A model generated the notes under the pieces. It was given only the letters and a program-made list of their open reading frames with translations. It had not been told where the DNA came from and searched no databases. Both the position numbers and the translations under genes were made by a program. Source: Opitutales bacterium (GTDB lineage Bacteria; Verrucomicrobiota; Verrucomicrobiia; Opitutales; JABSRG01). Taken from it: a DNA stretch of 10,664 nt. Shown piece after piece: positions 1 through 6,727 of this stretch (positions within the stretch are counted from its first letter, which is position 1; each line of letters opens with the position of its first letter). The stretch covers positions 1 through 10,664 of the forward strand of contig JBMYOQ010000110.1 of assembly GCA_049599475.1 (NCBI GenBank), read 5' to 3'.

Positions 1-51
1 GGTGCACTTTGACCCGCAAACGAGTGGTGCACTTTAACCCGCAAAATGACA
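1..51. mobile_element. Probable terminus of a DDE insertion sequence/transposon (IS21-family or Tn402/Tn5053-like end); element body lies outside the window to the left
   Basis: Two 20-bp direct repeats, GGTGCACTTTGACCCGCAAA (1-20) and GGTGCACTTTAACCCGCAAA (26-45), match at 19/20 with a 25-bp period and are followed by ATGACA. On the minus strand this reads 5'-TGTCATTTTGCGGGTTAAAGTGCAC..., a TGT terminus plus tandem putative transposase-binding repeats. No transposase is visible in the window. Confidence 0.7.
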
Positions 52-255
52 CTTCTGGCAGCAGGATATTAGGCATATTCTCCTGTTGCAGACCTACCGG
101 ATCTTGCGCTGAGAGGGCTAAGGCAGATGAAAGCATCAAGATTAGACTAAACTTATTCATAACAATTTAGGCAGCGCCGTTCGTGTTTTCTACGCTCAAC
201 GAATCGACAAAGGCGCAGTTTTATAAACACCTTTTCGTAAACGTGTGATGAACAA

Positions 256-3054
256 TTAAGGAATGGCTATTGCAAACCTATCTAACGCGGTCTGTGCATC
301 GATTTCTTTAGTGGAAATTCTACGATACGATTTAGATATGAGCGCTGGAGGCGGATACAAACCATTCTTGAAGTGGTTCGACATTTCAAATTCTCGAGCA
401 GGAGCATTAAAGATGTATAGGTAATCTGAGGGGATGTGCTGATCATGGACCTCATTCCTGAAAAACAAGACCATGGACCCTCGGAAATTGAGCATGGTAG
501 CATCTCCATCCGGTTGCCAGTTCTGTAAGAGTCGAATCGAGTTATGAACGCCTCCACTTTGCTGTTCCACACCTTCTGTCGGTGTCCACCCCGTCAAGAC
601 TCCCGCCACGATCTCTACAGGCGTCGTAGCGTGTGCGGAATCAGAATCATGTTCCGCGTCCTTTGCTAGCTGCCTCCGCCCTGTAGTCCAGAAAAACTCC
701 CACTGGCTGTTGTCCTCATCCCAGGTAACGGCTTCGCTAGGAACTCGAACCGTTTCTGCGAATTCTTCGGAGAGCACAGTAAGCGTTTCTGCGGCTAGAC
801 CTGCCGGAATTTCGTTTGAGTCTGCGGTGCTCGATGAGCCAGTGGTCACATCGCCATCGGAATTATAATTTCCGAGAACGTAAAGCGGACCATTCGTGGC
901 AAACGAGAAACCTAAGTCGCGGGTCCGGCTCACACCATCGCCATCGATATAGGCAACCGATTGATTCGGCAATTCGTCGCCATTGATGAGCATCACAGCA
1001 ACATTCGGATCACTCAGCACAGAGCGCCCCCGGCCTTCACTATCGTCCTCGGTCGGTAATTCGAGATATACGACACCATTCCAATGTTGGTCAGGATCGA
1101 ATTCTGCGTAAGAAGTACCCGCGCTCACATCGTAATGGCGTTTCCACTCGTTTTGGGTGCTCGTGTCTTCAACGAGCTCCTTCAATTTTCCGATATCAAC
1201 GTAGACCGTATCCATAGAGCGATTCTGGCGGTAATCATGGAAGCCTCCCTCCACATACGCACGTGATCGATTAATCCGACGGTCAAAAGTCGCTTGCTCA
1301 CCCGTTTCTGAATCAATTGCCGGAATCCGATTACCATCAGAGTCCAGGACTGAGACACGCCTTGTTCCGGTAAGAACCCAGGGGGTCTCTTCGAATTCTA
1401 CTTCAGAAATTGGAGTGTTACCTCGCGAATTCATGAAATCGACATATGCCTCGTAATTTCCCTCTGCTGTAGCCGATTCTAGATCTGCTTCGTATTCCAC
1501 CTCGTAGGCTGCGATCATGCTGTCGCGCTCATCCTGATCGAATGCGATGTCACTATTATCCGGAAACTCGGGTGGCGTGTATTTCAGTTCTTCCCATCGC
1601 TCGATTTGCTCCGTTTCCCAGACGAGTCCTTCGGCGATGCGAGTGTCTGAGTGGATGCTCATCTTAAAGCTCTCGACTTGAGCATCGCTCTCAATGTAGC
1701 TCATCGCGGCGGTCGGATCCACTGTCCCCTCAGGGTCAGCCTGGTTGGCAGATCCGACAAGTCCTGATGGCAGCTTCACTTCAACCCTTTGAAATTCGCC
1801 CGATACGTCATTATAGTCATAGCGATACGCCTTAACAACATAACCGTTTTCAGTGTACGAAGCTATACGCTTCGAATCGTCATCGTAAAGGTCATCAGGC
1901 CCCTGCCGAGCGCCGACTTGAACCGTTGTCACCTCGCCGGTATCTGGATCCGTAACGGTCTGATCAGAAGGCTCTAGCCTTAGAATAAGTCCGGCATTTG
2001 CTGCGTATGCGCGGTCCGAATAGTCATCGAGTAGGAATTTTTCAGGCACCGGCTCAATGATTGCATGCGAATTATTCGTTGTTGCGTCGTAAGTTGGAAG
2101 TGCATCAAAGGACTCTATTGGAGCAAAATCTTCCAGAAATCCGTTCCAGTCCTTTCTGTCTTCATCCCACGTTGAAGCACTGCTATCCGACCAAGCATCC
2201 TCAGTTCGTTCCCAATCCTCGTCACTGAGGCCCGTCGAACCATCATTAGCATTAAAGATTGATCGCTGAGTCCCATCAGAATCGATAGCAAAGGAAATTT
2301 CGCCAAACTGAAAACTCTCTCCATCGAGAGCGAGAACTCCATGCAACAACTCCGCGCCGGTAGTAACTTTGCCCAAAAATTCGAGACCAGTATCCCCCGA
2401 GTCGAATTTTGGAGCATTGACGTAGATATTGCCATTGGCGTGGACACGGCCTTCTACAGTCATCTGATCGTCCGGTAAGAACTCTAGCTCTTCACTTCCA
2501 AAGATAGTGAAATTAAATAAAGTCATGGTGCGCAGCTGCAGAGTCTGCTCGACATAGGCAGTCTGTGAGATCTTTCCATTGGAAGCTTGTGCTGAAGCTC
2601 CGATCAATAAATTAAGAGATCTCGGAGTCTCGCCAATCTTAGGATCTTCAAGATTGGCTGGATTCAAATCATCCACTTCTTCCCTCACAAACATCCCACC
2701 CCAATCCGGATCACTCGTCACTTGAACCTCCAATGAGCTGGGGTCGACGTGTTTGCTCACAAAGCCCGATCCCAAGGAGGCCGGAGTGAAATCTGTGAGG
2801 CTGTAGTTCTCGAACGAAGTATGCGGGTTATCTTCGAAATCCCGTAGGATTTCTGCCGCAGCGAAACTCGCCAAGGACTCGGCTGCCAGGGTCGCCTCAG
2901 ACTTCAGCTGATGACGCTCTACAGACTCTCTTTCAAACATCGCCAGCTTCAGAAACCCAGCAAATATTATTGAGGAGGCAAACGACAAAAGCATAACCGT
3001 CGAGATTGCTGACCCACGGTTGCGCTTGAAAGGAGATCCAATTGAGGAGGGCAT
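256..3054 (-). CDS. Giant PilX-like minor pilin / putative pilus-tip protein, copy A (932 aa)
   Basis: N-terminus KRNRG|SAISTVMLL... is a basic leader ending in Gly, then a hydrophobic helix without Glu5, then 'EATLAAES', all typical of the PilX/GspK class. Downstream blocks GRVHANGNIY, ATNGPLYVLGNYN and SGGVHNSIRLLQNW are shared with the paralog at 6728-9634. It starts 3 nt after the stop of the upstream gene. Confidence 0.85.
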   Translation of the reverse strand: MPSSIGSPFKRNRGSAISTVMLLSFASSIIFAGFLKLAMFERESVERHQLKSEATLAAESLASFAAAEILRDFEDNPHTSFENYSLTDFTPASLGSGFVSKHVDPSSLEVQVTSDPDWGGMFVREEVDDLNPANLEDPKIGETPRSLNLLIGASAQASNGKISQTAYVEQTLQLRTMTLFNFTIFGSEELEFLPDDQMTVEGRVHANGNIYVNAPKFDSGDTGLEFLGKVTTGAELLHGVLALDGESFQFGEISFAIDSDGTQRSIFNANDGSTGLSDEDWERTEDAWSDSSASTWDEDRKDWNGFLEDFAPIESFDALPTYDATTNNSHAIIEPVPEKFLLDDYSDRAYAANAGLILRLEPSDQTVTDPDTGEVTTVQVGARQGPDDLYDDDSKRIASYTENGYVVKAYRYDYNDVSGEFQRVEVKLPSGLVGSANQADPEGTVDPTAAMSYIESDAQVESFKMSIHSDTRIAEGLVWETEQIERWEELKYTPPEFPDNSDIAFDQDERDSMIAAYEVEYEADLESATAEGNYEAYVDFMNSRGNTPISEVEFEETPWVLTGTRRVSVLDSDGNRIPAIDSETGEQATFDRRINRSRAYVEGGFHDYRQNRSMDTVYVDIGKLKELVEDTSTQNEWKRHYDVSAGTSYAEFDPDQHWNGVVYLELPTEDDSEGRGRSVLSDPNVAVMLINGDELPNQSVAYIDGDGVSRTRDLGFSFATNGPLYVLGNYNSDGDVTTGSSSTADSNEIPAGLAAETLTVLSEEFAETVRVPSEAVTWDEDNSQWEFFWTTGRRQLAKDAEHDSDSAHATTPVEIVAGVLTGWTPTEGVEQQSGGVHNSIRLLQNWQPDGDATMLNFRGSMVLFFRNEVHDQHIPSDYLYIFNAPAREFEMSNHFKNGLYPPPALISKSYRRISTKEIDAQTALDRFAIAIP

Positions 3055-3057
3055 AAT

Positions 3058-3753
3058 CTAGCTGCTTGAAATTTTCGAAATGATATTCAGCTCTTTGCTA
3101 AACTGGGTCTGCTTCTGGCCCTCGGTGACGCTTGCACTGAGTACCACTGATTTAGCCGAAGGAAGGTAGAAAAAGTCTTTCCCTTGGATAGCAGTCGCAT
3201 TTTCTAGGATCACCCGTGAAGAGGGACTTCCTGCGGCAATGCCTTCCTTAATATCGCGCTCACTTTTAATGCTTGCAGCTACTGTTTGAGCCACTCGGAG
3301 TTCAAGATCATGAGCTGTACCAAAACTTTGTTGATCGGTATCGTCGAATCTCAGATCGACTACAATCCGCTCGATTGAAGACTGATTCAAATAGTAAGCC
3401 GATGCACTTACGACGATTTCGTCAGTTGCGCTGTCTATGCTCTGCGATACGAAGAAAGCGACATTTCCGGACCCGTCAGCGCCTTGATTCGCGTCGCCGT
3501 TGGAAATGGAATCAACGCTATCGTAAACGAGAAGATAGTCCGAGTTTTCCGCATCTGCATGCATCCTCTGTGCTGCATACCTTTTTTCTTCGACGCTCCA
3601 AAGTTCAGATTGCCCCTTCATCAACGACTTCGACGAAAAAAGGAAAAATTGAAGCAATCCGGCCATGAGCAAACCCCAGACTGCCATCGAAGTCATCAAC
3701 TCCACTAGGGAGAAACCTTTATTGTCTGTGCAGATTTTTTGATTTCGCTTCAT
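3058..3753 (-). CDS. PilW/PulJ-like minor pilin with prepilin N-terminal cleavage/methylation motif, copy A (231 aa)
   Basis: MKRNQKICTDNKG|FSLVELMTSMAVWGLLMAG is a class III signal peptide with Glu5. It is the middle gene of the cassette and is paralogous to 6041-6706 (SDYLLVY, GNVAxFV and FSKxxN shared). Confidence 0.88.
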   Translation of the reverse strand: MKRNQKICTDNKGFSLVELMTSMAVWGLLMAGLLQFFLFSSKSLMKGQSELWSVEEKRYAAQRMHADAENSDYLLVYDSVDSISNGDANQGADGSGNVAFFVSQSIDSATDEIVVSASAYYLNQSSIERIVVDLRFDDTDQQSFGTAHDLELRVAQTVAASIKSERDIKEGIAAGSPSSRVILENATAIQGKDFFYLPSAKSVVLSASVTEGQKQTQFSKELNIISKISSS

Positions 3754-3755
3754 GA

Positions 3756-4352
3756 TCAGAGATTGTCGTAGGGTTCAAATATGACAAATTCGCGGAAACC
3801 TGATCGCTGCGAGCTAAGGGGCGGAGTCCACGAATAATCGATACGGGCTGAGATGTAGCGGCGACGGTCAGCTACCGTTGAAACCGAGTTTTGGTTGATC
3901 ATCACAAGCGTGAGATCCAACTCGTAGGTATTCGGTGTGCCTACCCCGTCCCTATCATACACATCAGGCCCGTTTAAGATGTGTTTGGTAGGATTCAAGG
4001 AAACCCCAGCGGCGGGAGTTTGATATACCGACAAATTCACTGAAGGACCGCTAGAGGCACTTTGACTAAACACTGAGACACTTCCCGGGTTGTCTTCGAT
4101 CGCGCTAACCAGAGTGTCATAATCCATCGCACGCAGCTGTTCAATGTAGCTGCTGACTGTCTCCTCCGAAATCTGCTGGTAGGTCAATGCACGCGTAGAG
4201 ACTCGGAGATGTGTAATTCCCTGCGCCAAAGAGATCGCCACGAAGACCAGAATCCCCAACGCCACCATAACTTCGACCAAGGTGAGACCTTTAGTCTTAC
4301 CAGACTGAGCATAATCCTCGGGAAAATTCGTTGCTTGGTAGGGATTGGACAT
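3756..4352 (-). CDS. PilV/PulI-like minor pilin with prepilin motif, copy A (198 aa from the ATG at 4352; the ORF is open to 4391)
   Basis: KTKG|LTLVEVMVALGILVFVAISLAQG is a class III signal peptide with Glu5. The C-terminal RRYISARIDYSW matches RRYITARIDYQW in the paralog. I chose the start at 4352 because it gives a shorter, more typical leader; 4391 cannot be excluded. Confidence 0.85.
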   Translation of the reverse strand: MSNPYQATNFPEDYAQSGKTKGLTLVEVMVALGILVFVAISLAQGITHLRVSTRALTYQQISEETVSSYIEQLRAMDYDTLVSAIEDNPGSVSVFSQSASSGPSVNLSVYQTPAAGVSLNPTKHILNGPDVYDRDGVGTPNTYELDLTLVMINQNSVSTVADRRRYISARIDYSWTPPLSSQRSGFREFVIFEPYDNL

Positions 4353-4540
4353 CGTTGGGAGGGAAATTGAAGACAAGAGCCCCAACCCCATTCCGAGATG
4401 GTAAATTCTTTTCAGAGCCTTCGTCTGATTAGGAGGTTCAGCGAAGCAACGTAAGGTGATGAAGGGAGGTAGGGAGGGATCTCTATTAGGAGATTGGAGA
4501 AAATAGGGCAGAAAAACTTCGATCAGTCAATATTATTGTT

Positions 4541-4558
4541 TTATAACTTTTTTACACA
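4541..4558 (-). promoter_or_regulatory. 18-bp motif upstream of the left cassette (inverted copy of 5059-5076)
   Basis: The minus strand reads TGTGTAAAAAAGTTATAA and the plus strand at 5059-5076 reads TGCGTAAAAAATTTATAA (16/18 identical). Each copy points toward its own cassette and ends in a -10-like TTATAA. Confidence 0.5.
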
Positions 4559-4727
4559 AAAGGCAAAAACACATTTCCCCATACCAAAGTTCAGCTCTCT
4601 GAATTCTCCCAATCTCTTATCTCTAACGTATGCACAGATCTCATGGACATTTGTCTTACATCAGCCTCGCAGAGCAATTAAGGAAGGGCCTGAGAGCAAT
4701 AACCAAACGAGGGTTATAGTTTTCATT

Positions 4728-4759
4728 TCAACGAGCTTCAGCAAACAGAAGCTCGTTGA
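4728..4759. other. Perfect hairpin (12-bp stem, 8-nt loop) in the divergent intergenic region
   Basis: TCAACGAGCTTC (4728-4739), loop AGCAAACA, then GAAGCTCGTTGA (4748-4759), the exact reverse complement. Confidence 0.7.
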
Positions 4760-5058
4760 GGTCGAAAATAAATCCCATAGAGCCTGCCCGCTCCATTAGT
4801 GTTTTTTTACAAATTCTGCATTTAACAGCACACTCCAGCGTAAATTGGCCCAAAAAGGAATCGGCAGGCTTAAAGGTAGAGATGCCCAACTGGCTACAGT
4901 GGCCCCACATGAACATGATTGCTGCGAATTTAACGCGAGGGAACTGCGACTCGGATGGTAAACAGACCAGCGAAACAAAAGGCTAATTTGAGAAATTACA
5001 GAAGAGCGATCTGACGCAGCGCGACCACTCTCAAGCTAACCGTACTTCACACCCCGGC

Positions 5059-5076
5059 TGCGTAAAAAATTTATAA
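5059..5076 (+). promoter_or_regulatory. 18-bp motif upstream of the right cassette (inverted copy of 4541-4558)
   Basis: TGCGTAAAAAATTTATAA is 16/18 identical to the reverse complement of 4541-4558. It also lies within the dyad TGCGT-N15-ACGCA (5059-5083). Confidence 0.5.
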
Positions 5077-5185
5077 CAACGCATCAAAATCCAAGACCAC
5101 AGCGTATGAATGTATATTATTTTTACAAAAACTAAGATCTACCCCCAATAAAATAAGCTTACCTTAACCTCAAAGGCCCAAATCA

Positions 5186-5201
5186 CTTTTTTGCAAAAAA
5201 G
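5186..5201. promoter_or_regulatory. Perfect 16-bp palindrome, candidate transcription-factor operator
   Basis: CTTTTTTGCAAAAAAG, about 240 bp upstream of the right cassette start. The sequence is low complexity, so its function is uncertain. Confidence 0.35.
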
Positions 5202-5442
5202 GTGTAAATCGCCATAAAGAAGAGCCGATATTACTTGCGACACGGGCAAGATATTCGCTCTATCGAGCCTAAGTCACACACCTTCCACGCAGCCGATCCG
5301 ACGTCCCTTCCCCCTTGAAGTCGATCACCGCTGCGAGCTCAGTCCCTTAACACTCCCTACATCCACCGTCCGTACCGACGCGCTATCGCGTACCCAATCC
5401 TCTGGGTTGCTAGCACGACACGGATTCTTGGAATTCCCTACC

Positions 5443-6018
5443 ATGTCCCTGCCTCTCCCTAATCGTAATAACGGCGCGGGTTTCAGCCTCGTCGAAGTCA
5501 TGATCGCTTTGACCATCTTTGGCTTTATCAGCATCGGAATAGCCAAAGGAGTCATCCAGCTCAAAACGAACAGTCGCGCACTGACAATAGAGCAAGCCGT
5601 TGATGAGACTATTCAAGGATACATCTCACAGCTAAAAGCCGGAGACTATAATACTCTGGCTTCCAATATCGAATCTGGAACCGGCACTATGATCCAGGTC
5701 GAGAATAACTTCACTCTTCTCAGCTTAGCAGATCCCGAAAAAACACGCGTCGAGAATCACTTGGAGCTCAATGACTGGGAAACCCACACTCTTTATGGCC
5801 ACGACTTCGAGACCACCGGAGTGTTAGAGAACATAGCGTTCAACATGGATGTGAAGCTAGAAATGACTAACCAAAACACCGTGTCAGAGGAAGCCAATCA
5901 AAGACGCTACATAACCGCGCGCATAGATTATCAATGGAAGTCTCCCCTACGGCCCCAGCGCACCGGATACCGAGAATTCATTATCGGAGACGACAGCAAT
6001 TCCCTGTCCGACGACTAA
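5443..6018 (+). CDS. PilV/PulI-like minor pilin with prepilin motif, copy B (191 aa from the ATG at 5443; the ORF is open from a TTG at 5407)
   Basis: MSLPLPNRNNGAG|FSLVEVMIALTIFGFISIG is a class III signal peptide with Glu5. It is paralogous to 3756-4352 (RALT, YIxQLxAxDYxTL, NQNxVS and RRYIxARIDYxW shared). Confidence 0.88.
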   Translation: MSLPLPNRNNGAGFSLVEVMIALTIFGFISIGIAKGVIQLKTNSRALTIEQAVDETIQGYISQLKAGDYNTLASNIESGTGTMIQVENNFTLLSLADPEKTRVENHLELNDWETHTLYGHDFETTGVLENIAFNMDVKLEMTNQNTVSEEANQRRYITARIDYQWKSPLRPQRTGYREFIIGDDSNSLSDD

Positions 6019-6040
6019 TCGACACCGCCCTCCCGTAAAT

Positions 6041-6706
6041 ATGAAACCTTCATTATCAACAGCCAAAAGAACATCAGGCTTCACACTCTCTGAAATCCTG
6101 ATCGCAATGACCGTCATGGGGCTGGTCATGGCCGCGACTCTACAGTTTTGGGTATACACATCAGTAAACCTTCAGAGTTCTCAGGCCGAGCTCTCCACGG
6201 TCCAGGAGAAACGCGAAACGGCTCAACAACTCAAGCAAGACGCAAACTTCTCAGACTATCTGCTCGTATACCAAGACCTCAGCAGCTTAGAGGCCGACGA
6301 TTCGAACATCCTTTCATCTGGGTCTCGGGGCAATGTTGCACTATTCGTAACAAACAAAACGGACGATGATACAACAGATGAGTCAGACGCAGCGATTGAG
6401 TCTCTCATTGCATATTATCTGGAAGTGGACACTGAGACTGGGGTTTCGTCGCTTCAGCGCGTAGAAATCGACCAATCGGTGCAGGGCGCAAATGAATCGA
6501 TCGGCGAGATGGTCACACGCGTAATCGAAAACGACATAGTCCAATCAAGAAACATAGCGAATAACTTCGAGGGCTCGCTTGATGGAGACTTGTTTTACCT
6601 CATCGAAGACGACTCCATCATGGTAAACGGATCCGTCAAAGACGGGAAAGGTGGCGCAGAGTTTAGCAAAACGATCAACCTCACACTGAACGTATCCAGC
6701 ACGTAA
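6041..6706 (+). CDS. PilW/PulJ-like minor pilin with prepilin motif, copy B (221 aa)
   Basis: MKPSLSTAKRTSG|FTLSEILIAMTVMGLVMAA is a class III signal peptide with Glu5. It is the paralog of 3058-3753. Confidence 0.88.
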   Translation: MKPSLSTAKRTSGFTLSEILIAMTVMGLVMAATLQFWVYTSVNLQSSQAELSTVQEKRETAQQLKQDANFSDYLLVYQDLSSLEADDSNILSSGSRGNVALFVTNKTDDDTTDESDAAIESLIAYYLEVDTETGVSSLQRVEIDQSVQGANESIGEMVTRVIENDIVQSRNIANNFEGSLDGDLFYLIEDDSIMVNGSVKDGKGGAEFSKTINLTLNVSST

Positions 6707-6727
6707 CACAAACGCATACACAGAGAG

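Noticed and set aside
1..45. CRISPR array
   Set aside because: There are only two 20-bp repeats, separated by 5 bp, with no spacer-length unique sequence and no cas genes. A transposon end fits better.
156..226. Integron attC-like site or terminator downstream of the left cassette
   Set aside because: Only weak pairing (GCGCC...GGCGC) is present, with no matching GTTRRRY core at the right position and no compact stem plus U-tract.
4494..4986. Short ORFs in the spacer (4494-4799 +, 4728-4916 -, 4756-4986 +, 4796-4978 -)
   Set aside because: They overlap each other, run through AT-rich regulatory-looking sequence and show no recognisable domain. A small peptide cannot be excluded but is unsupported.
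4955..5030. Cyclic-di-GMP-I riboswitch-like words (GGTAAAC...GAAA...GCTAA)
   Set aside because: The required paired stems and the GACGCAAAG-like junction are not present in the correct arrangement.
4353..5442. Sigma-54 (-24/-12) promoter, as often found at pilin genes
   Set aside because: I found no convincing TGGCAC-N5-TTGC match on either strand by eye.
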